The notes below the pieces were generated by a model. That model was not told where the DNA came from and did no database searches. It saw only the letters and a program-made list of their open reading frames with translations. Positions 43,543-54,417 of a DNA stretch of 64,000 nt are shown in pieces; within the stretch, counting starts at the first letter, position 1, and each line of letters opens with the position of its first letter. The stretch is from Phycisphaerae bacterium (GTDB lineage Bacteria; Planctomycetota; Phycisphaerae; Phycisphaerales; UBA5793), in NCBI GenBank assembly GCA_039794345.1, contig JBDIVQ010000001.1:31072-95071 (forward strand), written 5' to 3'. Made by a program: the position numbers and the translations under genes.

Positions 43543-44472
43543 ATGACCTGGGCGAGACCTTCGGGCCGAATCGTCATTGCCGGGGGAACCGGCTTTCTCG
43601 GCACGCACCTGGCGCGGCATTTCGCCGGCCTGGGATGCGAGGTCATCACCCTCGGCCGCCGCGCCGCGCGCTCGCCCGGTCAGTGGCGCGCCGTCAAGTG
43701 GGATGCGCGAAGCCTCGGCGAGTGGGTCGAGTGTCTCGACGGCGCTGCGGGTCTGGTGAATCTCGTCGGCCGCTCGGTGGATTGCATCAAGACGCCGGAT
43801 CACTGCGATGAGATTCTCCGCAGCCGCGTCGAGGCCACGCGCGTGCTCGGGCAGGCGTGCCGGGCCGTCGGCCAGGCGCCGCCCGTCTGGGCGCAGATGA
43901 GCACGGCGCACATCTACGGCGACCCGCCGGAAGTCGTGTGCGATGAGTCGTCGGCCTTCGGCTACGGCCTGGCGCCGACCGTCGCCCGGGCCTGGGAGGA
44001 GGCATTCGAGGCGGCGCGGCTGGACGGGCAGCGCGGTGTCGTGCTGCGCACGAGTTTCGTCATCGGGCGCGGCGGCGGCGCTCTGAAGCGGCTGGTTCCG
44101 CTGGCGCGCCTCGGACTGGGCGGGAAGGTCGGCTCGGGCACGCAGGGAATGAGTTGGCTGCACATCGCCGACATGAGCCGCCTCATCGAGCGCGGCCTCG
44201 CCGATACGAACATGTCCGGCGTCTACATCGCCTCCAGCCCGAATCCGGTGTCGAACCGGGAGTTCATGGCGGCGCTGCGGCGGACGGTGGGCATGCCCGT
44301 CGGCCTTCCCGCGTTCGGATGGATGGTGCGACTTGCCGCGTCCCTGCTGCTGCGGACCGATCCGGAACTGGCGCTGTACGGCCGCTACTGCGTGCCGCGG
44401 CGGCTGCTGGAGGAAGGATTCGAGTTCAAATTCACGGAGATCGGAGCGGCGCTGGCGGACCTGCTGGCCTGA
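43543..44472 (+). CDS. TIGR01777-type NAD-dependent epimerase/oxidoreductase (DUF1731)
   Basis: [34 protein letters not shown] motifs. Confidence 0.85.
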   Translation: MTWARPSGRIVIAGGTGFLGTHLARHFAGLGCEVITLGRRAARSPGQWRAVKWDARSLGEWVECLDGAAGLVNLVGRSVDCIKTPDHCDEILRSRVEATRVLGQACRAVGQAPPVWAQMSTAHIYGDPPEVVCDESSAFGYGLAPTVARAWEEAFEAARLDGQRGVVLRTSFVIGRGGGALKRLVPLARLGLGGKVGSGTQGMSWLHIADMSRLIERGLADTNMSGVYIASSPNPVSNREFMAALRRTVGMPVGLPAFGWMVRLAASLLLRTDPELALYGRYCVPRRLLEEGFEFKFTEIGAALADLLA

Positions 44473-44477
44473 GCACG

Positions 44478-45431
44478 CTACTGCTCGTGCCAGCGCTGCG
44501 AGAGACGCTGGAGGGCCACGAAGAGGAGCAGCAGCGCGCCGATGATCAGGCGCGTCCACCACGAGTTGAGGTCGCTGAGGTAACCGGGAATGGTCGTGAT
44601 GATGGCGAGGATGAGCACGCCCAGCAGCGTCCCGACGACGGAGCCGCGACCGCCCGCGAGGACGGTTCCGCCGATGACGACGGCGGCGATGGCGTCGAGT
44701 TCGAGAAGGAAAGCGACGGAGGCGTCGCCCGCCTGCGTGCCGATGACGTGGATGATCCCCCCGGCCGCGGCGCAGAGGCCGCTGATCGCGTAGACCCCCA
44801 GACGCGTGGCGCCGACGGACAGGCCCATGAGCCGCGCCGCCGACTCATCGCTTCCGATCGCGTAGACCGTGCGGCCGAAGCGCGTCCAGCGCAGCACCGC
44901 GGCGGCGAGTGCGACGGCGCCGAGCAGCGCCAGGGCGGGGAGCGTGAAGTCGGCGGCGTGAAGCATGGAGAGCGAGCGAATCGCTTCATGCGATCCCAAC
45001 TCGATGCGCTTGTCGGGCGAGAGGAGCAGGGCGGTCCCGCGCGCAAGAAACATCCCCGCGAGGGTTACGAGGAATGGCGGGAGTCGAAAGGCGTGGATCA
45101 GCCCGCCCATGCCGGCGCCGAACGCCCCGCCCGCCGCAAGCACCGTCGGCGCCGCCAGCCAGAGCGGCCAGCCCGATTCGCCTGCGAGCAGCGCCAGCAG
45201 CATGCTGGAGCATGCGATCACAGCCCCGACGGAGAGGTCGATGCCGCCCGAGAGAATGACGAAGGTCATCCCCACCGCGGCGAGGCCGAGCGTGGCGCTG
45301 TCGGCGAAGAGTCGCGTGAACTGAAACCACGAGAAGAATCCCGCAAGAGTGGCCGCCGCTCCGCTGTAGAGCACGAGGAACACGGCAGCGGTGGCAAGCA
45401 GCGGCCAGTGACGGCTGAGGACGACTCTCAT
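44478..45431 (-). CDS. yjfF: Sugar ABC permease (galactofuranose YjfF-like)
   Basis: GGIDLSVG, FGRTVYAIG, ELDAIAAVVIGGT; ATGA overlap with the upstream permease. Confidence 0.8.
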   Translation of the reverse strand: MRVVLSRHWPLLATAAVFLVLYSGAAATLAGFFSWFQFTRLFADSATLGLAAVGMTFVILSGGIDLSVGAVIACSSMLLALLAGESGWPLWLAAPTVLAAGGAFGAGMGGLIHAFRLPPFLVTLAGMFLARGTALLLSPDKRIELGSHEAIRSLSMLHAADFTLPALALLGAVALAAAVLRWTRFGRTVYAIGSDESAARLMGLSVGATRLGVYAISGLCAAAGGIIHVIGTQAGDASVAFLLELDAIAAVVIGGTVLAGGRGSVVGTLLGVLILAIITTIPGYLSDLNSWWTRLIIGALLLLFVALQRLSQRWHEQ

Positions 45432-46429
45432 GCCGCGGCGCTCCGGATCGGCCGACACAAACGGCGCCACTCGCCCGACTGAACCAGACAGAGCGCGAGG
45501 ACGACGGCGGCCTTGATGATGAGGTTGAGTTCGACGGGAACGCTGCGGCCCCCGAAATCGGCTCGGAGAATGGTCGTTGAGAGGGTCTGAATGAGCACCG
45601 CGCCGAGAAGTGAGCCGGCGATGGAGAATCGCCCGCCGGTGAGCGCTGTTCCCCCGATGACGACGGCCAGAATGGCGTCGAGTTCGAGGTAGAGGCCGCA
45701 GTTGTTGGCGTCAGCGGCGGCGATGTCGGCGGCGTCGATCAGGCCGGCCAGCGCCGCGAGCAGGCCCATGATGGAGTAGGCAGCGATGCGGATCGATCGC
45801 ACGCTCAGGCCGGCGTAGCGGCTCGCTTCCTCGTTGCCGCCGACGCCCTCGATGAACAGCCCCAGCGACGTAAGGCGGGCCAGGGCCGCCAGCGCCCCCG
45901 CAGCGCTGAGCGCCGTGAGCACGGGGAGCGGCACGCCGAACAGCGAGCCGCGCCCGATCGCCAGGATCGCGGCGTCGGGGGCGATGGTGATGATCTCCCC
46001 GTCGGTGATGAGTTGCGCCACACCGCGCCCCGCGACCATGAAGATGAGCGTGGCGACAATGGGGGGGATTCCCAGCAGCGCGACGAGCGATCCGTTCCAG
46101 AGCCCCGCGGCCGCGCCGACGGCAAGGGCGGCGCCAACGGCCGATGCGCTCGATGCGCCCGAGTGCAGCATCGCCGCGGCCGCGGCCCCGGCGACGGCCA
46201 TGATCGCGCCGACGGAAAGATCGATTCCCCCCGTGCCGATGACCAGCGACATGCCCAGCGCCAGGAGCATCACCGGCGCGCCCTGGTTGAGCACGTCGAT
46301 CATCGCGCCCGTCAGCCGGCCATCGACCAGGCGCAGGTGCAGGAAGGCCGGATCGCGCAGCGCATTGAACGCCATCAGGATGGCCACCGCCGCGAAGGGC
46401 CAAAGCAGGTTTCGCGCCACGTCACGCAC
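45428..46429 (-). CDS. ytfT: Sugar ABC permease (YtfT-like)
   Basis: GGIDLSVG, AD..N.GL.LELDAILAVVIGGT.L.GGRFS. Confidence 0.8.
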   Translation of the reverse strand: MRDVARNLLWPFAAVAILMAFNALRDPAFLHLRLVDGRLTGAMIDVLNQGAPVMLLALGMSLVIGTGGIDLSVGAIMAVAGAAAAAMLHSGASSASAVGAALAVGAAAGLWNGSLVALLGIPPIVATLIFMVAGRGVAQLITDGEIITIAPDAAILAIGRGSLFGVPLPVLTALSAAGALAALARLTSLGLFIEGVGGNEEASRYAGLSVRSIRIAAYSIMGLLAALAGLIDAADIAAADANNCGLYLELDAILAVVIGGTALTGGRFSIAGSLLGAVLIQTLSTTILRADFGGRSVPVELNLIIKAAVVLALCLVQSGEWRRLCRPIRSAAA

Positions 46430-47945
46430 CGCCGTCGCCTCCCCCGGAGCCGGCGATGCGCTCCATGATGGAGGAAAGACGGAGGTCCGCGCCGGCGAGT
46501 TCCCCGGCCACCGACCGATCGCGCAGCACGAGGACGCGGTCGCTGACGCGCGCGACTTCCTCGAGTTCGCCGGAGATGAAGATGATGGCCATGCCGCGGG
46601 CGCGCAGATCGCCGACGAGCGATTCGATCTGATCTTTGGCCCCGATGTCGATGCCGCGCGTCGGTTCGTCGAGCAGGAGGATCGTCGGCTCCATGAGCAG
46701 CCACCGCGCGAGGATCACCTTCTGCTGGTTGCCGCCGGAGAGTTGCGCCACGGGCCGGCTCAGGTCGGGGGTCGCGATGGACAAGGAGCGAACGAACCGT
46801 TCAGCGAGCGCGTGCTGCCGCCGGCGAGGCAGTCGCCGAAGCCAGCCGCGCGAAGCGTGCAGCGCCAGCAGGATGTTGTCGCGCACGCTCAGGTGAGGCA
46901 CGAGGCCGGCGGCGCGCCGATCCTCCGGCGCCAGGGCCATGCCGCAGCGGATGGCGCGGCGAGGCGAGTGGTGCTGCACAGTCTTGCCGTTGACAGAGAG
47001 CGTTCCGCCGTCGCGGGCATCGACCCCGAAGAGCAGCCGCGCAATCTCCGTCCGTCCCGAGCCGAGCAGTCCCGCGAATCCGAGCACCTCGCCGGACCGG
47101 AGCGTCAGGTCGAACGGCTGCACGACGCGGCGGCGGAAGACCCGCCTCGCGACAAGGCGGGCCGGGGCGCCGGAATCGACGGGACGGGTCCGCGGCCGGG
47201 CCGCCGCGGCCTCCGGCGCCGCCTTGCCGAGCATCGCGGACACGAGCGCAAGCCGCGACAGGTCACGCGCGGCGTGGCTGCCGACGCGCCGCCCGCCGCG
47301 CAGAATCGTGATGCGATCGCTCACGGCGTAAACCTGCTCGAGGAAGTGCGTGATGAAGAGAATGCCCAGGCCCAGGCCGCGAAGCCGCCGCATGAGATCG
47401 AAGAGGCGGCTCGTCTCGGCCGCGTCGAGGGAAGAGGTCGGTTCGTCGAGCACGAGCACCTTAGCCTTCTGATCGACGGCGCGCGCCACGGCGATCATCT
47501 GCCGCACCGCGATGGAGCAGTGTCGCAGCGGCGTCGCGACCTCGGCCTCGAGTCCCATGTCGCCGAGAATCCGGCGTGCGCGGCGGCGCATTTCGCCCCA
47601 CCTGATCCAGCCGAGAGGCGCGCGCGGCTCGCGGCCAAGCAGCAGATTCTCCGCGATGCTCAGGTCCGGCGCCAGGTTGATCTCCTGGTAGACGGCGGCG
47701 ACTCCCAGGCGCTGCGCCTCGGCCGGCCGGCGCGGTCGAATCTCGCGCCCCGAGAGCCGGATGCGGCCGCGATCGGGCTGCTCCGCGCCCGTGAGTATGC
47801 GGATGAGCGTGCTCTTGCCGGCGCCGTTCTCGCCGACGAGGGCGTGAATCTCGCCGGCGCCGAGTGTGAAGTCCACCCCGTCAAGCGCGACCACGCCTGG
47901 GTAGGTCTTGACGATCCCGCGCATCTCCACGAGCGCGTCGGCCAC
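46422..47945 (-). CDS. ytfR: Sugar ABC ATP-binding protein (CUT2, two ATPase halves)
   Basis: GENGAGKST, LDEPT, LSGGNQQK, DEPTRGID. Confidence 0.88.
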   Translation of the reverse strand: MADALVEMRGIVKTYPGVVALDGVDFTLGAGEIHALVGENGAGKSTLIRILTGAEQPDRGRIRLSGREIRPRRPAEAQRLGVAAVYQEINLAPDLSIAENLLLGREPRAPLGWIRWGEMRRRARRILGDMGLEAEVATPLRHCSIAVRQMIAVARAVDQKAKVLVLDEPTSSLDAAETSRLFDLMRRLRGLGLGILFITHFLEQVYAVSDRITILRGGRRVGSHAARDLSRLALVSAMLGKAAPEAAAARPRTRPVDSGAPARLVARRVFRRRVVQPFDLTLRSGEVLGFAGLLGSGRTEIARLLFGVDARDGGTLSVNGKTVQHHSPRRAIRCGMALAPEDRRAAGLVPHLSVRDNILLALHASRGWLRRLPRRRQHALAERFVRSLSIATPDLSRPVAQLSGGNQQKVILARWLLMEPTILLLDEPTRGIDIGAKDQIESLVGDLRARGMAIIFISGELEEVARVSDRVLVLRDRSVAGELAGADLRLSSIMERIAGSGGGDGGA

Positions 47946-47963
47946 GGCGCCTCCCCGCTTCGC

Positions 47964-48986
47964 TCAATACTCGCGGCTGTCGATCACCTCGGCGGCGATG
48001 CTCTGATCGAAGACGCGATCCTGCACGACGATCTTCTTGGGCAGGATTTCGCCGGCGAGGATTTTCTCGACGGCGTCGAAGACGGCCGGCCCGAGGAGCG
48101 GATTGCACTCGACGGTGCAGTTGAGTTTGCCCGCGACCATCGCTTCGAACGCGCCGCGCACGCCGTCAATCGAGACGATGAGAATGTCCTGGCCGGGTTT
48201 GAGGCCCGCCTCCTCAATCGCCTGGATGGCGCCGAGGGCCATGTCGTCATTGTGGGCGTAGACGGCGTTGATCTGCCCGGGGGCGGACTTGAGAAACGCC
48301 TCCATCACCTCCTTGCCCCTGGCGCGGGTGAACTCGCCCGTCTGCGAGCGGATGATCTTGAGGCCCGGGTGCGACGCGATGCCTTCTTCAAAGCCCCTCT
48401 TGCGGTCGATGGCTGGCGCCGAGCCGGGCGTGCCCTGAAGTTCGACGATGTTGCCCGTGCCGTCAAGCGCCTTGGCGAGCCACTCGGCGGCCATGCGGCC
48501 CTCGGCGACGAAGTCGGAGGCGATGAGCGTTGCATACAGCGAATCGTCGCTGACCTTCACCCCGCGATCGACGAGGATGACGGGGATGCCCGCGTTCTTC
48601 GCCTGCGTCAGCACCGGCTCCCAGCCCGTCTCGACGACGGGGGCGAGGATGATGGCATCGACCTTCTGCGCAATGAAGGAGTTGATCGTCTTGATCTGGT
48701 TCTCCTGCTTCTGCTGGGCGTCGAAGTACCTGCAATCGATGCCGCGCCTGTCCGCCTCACCGCGGATGGACTTCGTCTCGGCGGTGCGCCAACTCGATTC
48801 GGCACCGATCTGGGAAAAGCCGACGACGATGGATTTGGATTCGCTCCCGGAATCGGAAGACGACTTCTTCGAGCACGCGGAGGAGGCGAAGACGCAGGCG
48901 GCGATCGCGGCGCCGATGAGGAGAATGCGGCTCGCAAGCGCCGAACGCGACAGCGCGCTGGAGCGGTGTGAGGTGTCGTGTTGCAT
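47964..48986 (-). CDS. ytfQ: Sugar ABC substrate-binding lipoprotein (YtfQ-like, galactofuranose/arabinose)
   Basis: VGFSQIGAESSWR, DAQQKQENQI, AHNDDMALGAI, VECNPLLGP; lipobox-like ASSAC. Confidence 0.85.
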   Translation of the reverse strand: MQHDTSHRSSALSRSALASRILLIGAAIAACVFASSACSKKSSSDSGSESKSIVVGFSQIGAESSWRTAETKSIRGEADRRGIDCRYFDAQQKQENQIKTINSFIAQKVDAIILAPVVETGWEPVLTQAKNAGIPVILVDRGVKVSDDSLYATLIASDFVAEGRMAAEWLAKALDGTGNIVELQGTPGSAPAIDRKRGFEEGIASHPGLKIIRSQTGEFTRARGKEVMEAFLKSAPGQINAVYAHNDDMALGAIQAIEEAGLKPGQDILIVSIDGVRGAFEAMVAGKLNCTVECNPLLGPAVFDAVEKILAGEILPKKIVVQDRVFDQSIAAEVIDSREY

Positions 48987-49264
48987 TTGGAGCCCCTTTG
49001 CACGGAAGAGTTGAAACGTCGCGCGGCGCACCCGTTCACACCGATGGTATCGCCGCGTTCAGCGCCGACAAGCCGCCATGTCCGGCGTCAAGGTCTGCGT
49101 GACGTTCGTGGGGTGCCGTGGTCTGGAGGGAGGCTTTGCGACCGGAGGGCCACGCCGTCGCGCCGAGGGACGACAAACTGGTTCGTTGGTTACTCGCGCG
49201 CCGTCGTGGCCCGCGCTCCCAAAGCGTCGCTTGACCACGGCACCCGAAGTTTTCATGCCGATTG

Positions 49265-52200
49265 TCAGCGGCGCTCCTCAATCCGTACCAGCCCCGCGTC
49301 GATGAACTGCCCGCCGCGCGTCTGGCGGCAATGGACGGCCATGACGTTGCGCCCGGCGCGCAGGGCCGCCCGTCCCGCATCACTCAGCGGTACGTGCCGG
49401 TAGCCCGTCGTGTAGTCCTTGAGCGCGGCGGCGAGCACTCCGTTGACGTACACCTCCGCATCCTCATCGTGGTGAATGCTGAGCATGAGCGACTCATCAT
49501 CCGCATCTCCGGCCGCGAGATTGAACTCCCGGCGGATCCAGATCAGCGAGCCCGACCACTCGGTGCCGACGACGGCGCCAGGCGTGGCCGCGGTTCCAAA
49601 TCCGCCGGGGCCTTGACTCCAGGTCGAGTCGTCATACGCGCTCGCCGTCCAGTCGCCGGCCGGTTCACTGAAGGTGTAGCGCCACGTCTGCGCCGCGCGC
49701 TGCGAGGTCGCGACGACGTCTCGCACCATCGGCGGCGGTCCGTAGAGCCGGCGATTGATCGCCGCGAGGCGCTGCGGATCGATCTTGCAGATGGCGCGGT
49801 CGTAAGTCAGCAGGCCGTTCACTTCCCCCTCGACGTCGGTCGTCTGGGTGTAGACGGCCGCAGCGAGGCCCTGCCCGATGAGCAGGCGCAGGTCGGTGAT
49901 CAGCGCTTCGTAGTCGCGCGCGAGTTGCTCGCGATCGTTGAGGTTGCGATAGCCCCAGTTGCGCTCGCGCTGCCAGAGGTGTCCGGCGACGGGCAGGCCG
50001 AGTCCGCCGAACTCGCCGAGCACGGAGACGCGATCGGACATCGGCGGAAACATCCCCGGCCCCGGATACTGGTGCAGGTCCTTGAGATCACCAGACCCGC
50101 GGTCCTGCCAGCCGCTCGGTCCATCGACGAGTCGAGTGGGATCGAGACTCTTCACCCAGGCGAGAATTTCGTTCGTGTCGTGCTGCCCCCAGCCTTCGTT
50201 GAAGGGAACCCATGCGATGATGCTCGGGTGGTTGCGGCGGGACTCGATCATCGCGGCCAGTTCGGCGCGAAACTGCGCCCTGGCCGGCTCGCTCAGCGCC
50301 GCATCCTCCGGCGAGCCGTAGGCGACGAAGTGACTCTCACCTCGAGCCGAGAGCGAAGGCATGTCCTGCCAGACGAGCAGGCCCAGTTTGTCCGCCCAGT
50401 AGTACCAGCGGTCAGGCTCGACCTTGACGTGTTTTCGAGCCAGGTTGCAGCCCATGGCGAGCGTCATCTCGACGTCGTAGCGCAGCGCCTCATCCGTCGG
50501 CGCGGTGTAGAGGCCGTCGGGCCACCAGCCCTGGTCGAGCGGGCCGAACATGAAGACCGCCTTGCCGTTGAGCAGGATGCGGTTGAAGCCGTCGGCGTCG
50601 GGGCCGAAGGCCACCTCGCGCATGCCGAAGTAACTGTGCACCGTGTCGCGCCCCGCCTTGACGGTGAGGTCATACAGGAACGGCGCTTCAGGCCACCAGA
50701 GTTTCGGATTGTGAATCCGGATGCTCAGCGGCTCGCCGGATCGCCCCTTCGCCTCGGCCACGAGTTCATCGCCGTCGAAGACGCTTGCCTCGACGGGCAG
50801 CGCTGCGTTCGACTCGACGGTCAGGCGCAGGGCGGATTCGCCGAGCCGCGGCTCCATGACCAGCCGCGTGATGCGAAACTCAGGCACGACTTCGAGCCAC
50901 ACCGTCTGCCAGATGCCGGTGACGGCCGTGTAGAAGATGCCGCGCGGTTCGAGCACCTGCTTGCCGCGCGGCTGGTCGCCGACATCCGTCGGATCCCAGA
51001 CGCGCAGCGTGATCCACTGCTGATCTTCCGGGCGCAAGGCGTTTGTCATGTCAAAGGAGAAGCCGTCGTAGCCCCCGCGATGCTCGCCGAGGAGAACGCC
51101 GTTGCACCAGACCGTGGTCTCCCAGTCCACGGCTCCGAAGTGCAGCAGCACGCGCTGCCCGCGCGAGCGGCTCGGCGCCTTGAACGCCCGGCGGTACCAG
51201 AGCGCTTCGTCCGGCCCGACCGCCTTCTGCACGCCGCTCAATTGCGACTCGATCGGAAAGGGCACGCGGATCTCGCCGTGCCAGTGCGCCGGCTCGCCCG
51301 CGTCGCGCGCGGTGATGGCGTACTGCCACGTGCCGTTGAGGTTGGTCCACTCCTCGCGGCGCATCTGCGGGCGCGGGTATTCCGGCAGGGGAGTTCCGCG
51401 CCGGGCCTGCTCCGTCCACGGCGTCATCATGGCTGAGGGTTCGCCCCCGCCAATGCGCCACTCGAGCATGCCCGCCGAGAAGCCGTCGCGCAACTGCACT
51501 TCAATCCGCATCGCGCGCGTCGAGATGGGCTTGAAGGACACCTCGTTGTATTGATCGCGCTCGACGCCGTAATCGCCCGCTCCTTCGACCGGTGTCCACC
51601 GATCGCCGTCGAGCCAGAGCAGGCGCCACGACTGCGGAATGCGGCACTGCCCGTTGATCGCGCGGTCATCGAACCAGTAGACCTTCACCTGATCAATGGT
51701 CCGCGCCTGGTCGAAGTGCGCTTCGTACCACTCCGCCGTGCCGCGGTGCGGCCAGAAGGTGTGGCGCGGAATGGTGTGATCGTTCGAGTCCTTCGGTTCG
51801 AGGTCATCGGCGATCGACTGCGTCGAGTCCGTGTCGTAACAGTGCGATGCTCTCGCTTCGTAGAGTTTCTTCGGCACCGCCGGCGGCTGCCAGGCGTGGG
51901 CGTCCGGTCCCTCGCCGACCACGGGAAACGCCGAGATGCGCAGCCGCGCCCCGCCCATCGGAACCAGCGTGATCTCCTCGACCGGCTCGCTCGTCTTCAC
52001 CGGGCTGTCCTGCAATGGTGCGCACAGGCCGTACTGATCCAGCGTCCACTCCGGCACGCGCTGTCCCCTGGCGATGAGCCGGATCGGCGCCGCCTGCTGC
52101 GTGAAGGGAAAGTCATCGGCGGGCCAGGGGCGCCGCTCGATGCGAAAGTCCTTCGCGACCTCGCCGCTGAGAACGAGGGCGTAGTTCCACGGCGAGGTTG

Positions 52201-53962
52201 GATGAATCTCGAACGCCGGCCACTTCTCCGTATCGACGTCCTCGCGCCACTTCGCGTCGCGCAGAGCGGTCGTCGTGGGTTCGATGCGCCGGTACTCCTC
52301 GCCGATGTCGAGCGAGAACGTCAGCGGGCCATACGAGACGCTCGCTGTGTTGTGGTTCTGCTCCCAGCGCTTCACGCTGAGTTCCATCGGCAGCGAGAGG
52401 ATGATGGTGTCGCCCTCGCTCCAGGTGCGCTCGATTCGCGCGTAGCCGCCGGGTTCCGCGTCCGATGCCGCGCTGGCGCCGTTGATGGTAATGCTCGGGT
52501 TCTTCGCCCACGAGGGCACGCGCAGATAGAGCGGAAAGGCCACGGGCCGCGATGTTGAGATCGTGAATCGAATCTCCTCCTCGAAGGGATAGTTCGTCTC
52601 CTCGATGATCCGCACCAGTTCGCCTTCTCCCTCTCCGACGCGGATGCTCGCCTCGCTGGCGCTGTAGATCGCGGCACAGGCGCCGTTGTCCGGCGTGGCG
52701 AGCCAGAGATGCTCGGTCATGTACGCCCAGCCGTGCGAGTGATTGTGCTGGCAACAGCGGTGGCTGAGCGGATTCATGGCGAGCATCGGCCCGCCGTTCT
52801 GAAAGCCCGGCGAGTGACTCATCGAATCGCTCACCACCATGTTGGGGCTGGTCAGGTAGCGCAGCGCGCGGAAGTCCGGCGTGAACGCGGCCGGCAGCGA
52901 GTTGAACGCCACCTCCTCGGTGTGCTCGGCCCAGAAGGGATCGCCGGTGATCGTCAGCAGCGTCTCGTTGGAGAGCATCTGCTCGACCATGCCGCAGGTC
53001 TCGATCGCCTGGCGCGGATCGTCGAATCCGGGCCGGCAGTTCTCATCGCTGCCGAACATGCCCCCGGGCACCTGGCCATAGAGGCGGCGGACGGTGGCGA
53101 AGTTGTCGTACGCCGCCTGAAGGTGGCGCGGATCGCGCGACTGGAGCCAGTACGTCGCCGGCTCGCCGAAGGCCTGCGCGATGTTGACGTTGTGCCAGTT
53201 CGGCAGCGTGCCTTGCATCGTCCAGTCGGCCGTGCGCGCGTGGATGCGCTGTGCGAGTTCGAGCAGGAAGGGTTCGCCCGTGCGGTTGTAGAGCCAGTAG
53301 ATGCTGTAGAGGTTGTCGCCGCCGCGCATCTTCTGCCAGTAGTGTGTGAGGAGCACTTCATCCGGCACGGTCGCCTGGTAGCGGAAGTAGCGCGTCATGA
53401 GGTCGATCACGCGCTCGTCGCCTGTGAACTCGTAGTAGGACTGGAGGCAGAAGAGCATGATCATGTTGGCCCAGAAATCCTGCGAGCCGTCATCCTCAAA
53501 GTGCCTCACGGGTCCGAAGTTGCCGTCGCTCCGCTGGCTCTGCAACGCCGCTTCGATCCACGTGCGGGCCTCCGCGATCATCGCCTCATCGCCGAGGAGG
53601 TAACCGATGTTGCCGTAGCCCTTGAGCCAGTAGGGCACTTCCTCCCAGCCCCATTCGCCGACGCCGTCGGGCGCGAGCCAGGCGTTGCCGTTCTTTTCGA
53701 GCCACGGGCTGAGTTCGCCCAGGCGCCCCGTCACGCCGCGGGCCTGAAGTTCGAGGCAGCGCCGCAGCCAGCCGCGCGCCTTGACCGAGCCGACGGGCAA
53801 CTTGATGAACGCGCTCGGCGCGAGCGGCGCGCGGTTGGAGACGTAGTGTGCGTTTGTGCCATCGATCGGCGGTCGCTCGACGGACTCGACTTTAGCGCTC
53901 TGCATCGCGCACCCTCCGATGAGCAGAATCACGAACGCCATCACCAACGCAGCGTTGTTCAT
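49265..53962 (-). CDS. Multidomain glycoside hydrolase: GH127/GH146-like + CBM32-like + GH2 + C-terminal beta-sandwich
   Basis: Lipobox LIGGC; ETC and RCC Zn ligands of beta-L-arabinofuranosidases; GH2 motifs LPEYPRPQ, LHFGAVD, LDQGWWPDG, FNEGWGQ, GEFGG. Confidence 0.88.
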   Translation of the reverse strand: MNNAALVMAFVILLIGGCAMQSAKVESVERPPIDGTNAHYVSNRAPLAPSAFIKLPVGSVKARGWLRRCLELQARGVTGRLGELSPWLEKNGNAWLAPDGVGEWGWEEVPYWLKGYGNIGYLLGDEAMIAEARTWIEAALQSQRSDGNFGPVRHFEDDGSQDFWANMIMLFCLQSYYEFTGDERVIDLMTRYFRYQATVPDEVLLTHYWQKMRGGDNLYSIYWLYNRTGEPFLLELAQRIHARTADWTMQGTLPNWHNVNIAQAFGEPATYWLQSRDPRHLQAAYDNFATVRRLYGQVPGGMFGSDENCRPGFDDPRQAIETCGMVEQMLSNETLLTITGDPFWAEHTEEVAFNSLPAAFTPDFRALRYLTSPNMVVSDSMSHSPGFQNGGPMLAMNPLSHRCCQHNHSHGWAYMTEHLWLATPDNGACAAIYSASEASIRVGEGEGELVRIIEETNYPFEEEIRFTISTSRPVAFPLYLRVPSWAKNPSITINGASAASDAEPGGYARIERTWSEGDTIILSLPMELSVKRWEQNHNTASVSYGPLTFSLDIGEEYRRIEPTTTALRDAKWREDVDTEKWPAFEIHPTSPWNYALVLSGEVAKDFRIERRPWPADDFPFTQQAAPIRLIARGQRVPEWTLDQYGLCAPLQDSPVKTSEPVEEITLVPMGGARLRISAFPVVGEGPDAHAWQPPAVPKKLYEARASHCYDTDSTQSIADDLEPKDSNDHTIPRHTFWPHRGTAEWYEAHFDQARTIDQVKVYWFDDRAINGQCRIPQSWRLLWLDGDRWTPVEGAGDYGVERDQYNEVSFKPISTRAMRIEVQLRDGFSAGMLEWRIGGGEPSAMMTPWTEQARRGTPLPEYPRPQMRREEWTNLNGTWQYAITARDAGEPAHWHGEIRVPFPIESQLSGVQKAVGPDEALWYRRAFKAPSRSRGQRVLLHFGAVDWETTVWCNGVLLGEHRGGYDGFSFDMTNALRPEDQQWITLRVWDPTDVGDQPRGKQVLEPRGIFYTAVTGIWQTVWLEVVPEFRITRLVMEPRLGESALRLTVESNAALPVEASVFDGDELVAEAKGRSGEPLSIRIHNPKLWWPEAPFLYDLTVKAGRDTVHSYFGMREVAFGPDADGFNRILLNGKAVFMFGPLDQGWWPDGLYTAPTDEALRYDVEMTLAMGCNLARKHVKVEPDRWYYWADKLGLLVWQDMPSLSARGESHFVAYGSPEDAALSEPARAQFRAELAAMIESRRNHPSIIAWVPFNEGWGQHDTNEILAWVKSLDPTRLVDGPSGWQDRGSGDLKDLHQYPGPGMFPPMSDRVSVLGEFGGLGLPVAGHLWQRERNWGYRNLNDREQLARDYEALITDLRLLIGQGLAAAVYTQTTDVEGEVNGLLTYDRAICKIDPQRLAAINRRLYGPPPMVRDVVATSQRAAQTWRYTFSEPAGDWTASAYDDSTWSQGPGGFGTAATPGAVVGTEWSGSLIWIRREFNLAAGDADDESLMLSIHHDEDAEVYVNGVLAAALKDYTTGYRHVPLSDAGRAALRAGRNVMAVHCRQTRGGQFIDAGLVRIEERR

Positions 53963-54417
53963 GTCAGCCTCCCCGGCGAGAGAATCCAGACGGCACGGCA
54001 GCGCCCCGGCCGCCGGAGCGTCATTCTATCAGGACGCTGCCCGCACCGGGTCCGATCGCCGGCCCGGCGAGGGGCAGGCGAGGCGTCGTCCAATCTGCTG
54101 GCGCGTGATCGAGAGGCGGAGCATGGGCGTCTCGCCCGTGCGAAACTCATGGCGCCTCGGTCGGGTTGTTGTCTCTCGCGCGCCTTTTCGGGGCGGAGAG
54201 AGTCATTTCGATCTTGTCTTCCTTCGAGGCCAGGCCGCAGCGCTGCGCAGCCGGTCGGCGGGTCGATGCCGGCCTGCGCTCACGCCCGTCACCACGTCAG
54301 AATCCTGGTCTGAACGCCGCACACCGAGCCGCCAGCGCTTCGCGACCTTCCCGGAGTGCGAGTACCATTGTGCGGCGATCGAATCGGTATGTTCGCTCCG
54401 CGCCGGGAGGGGATTCG

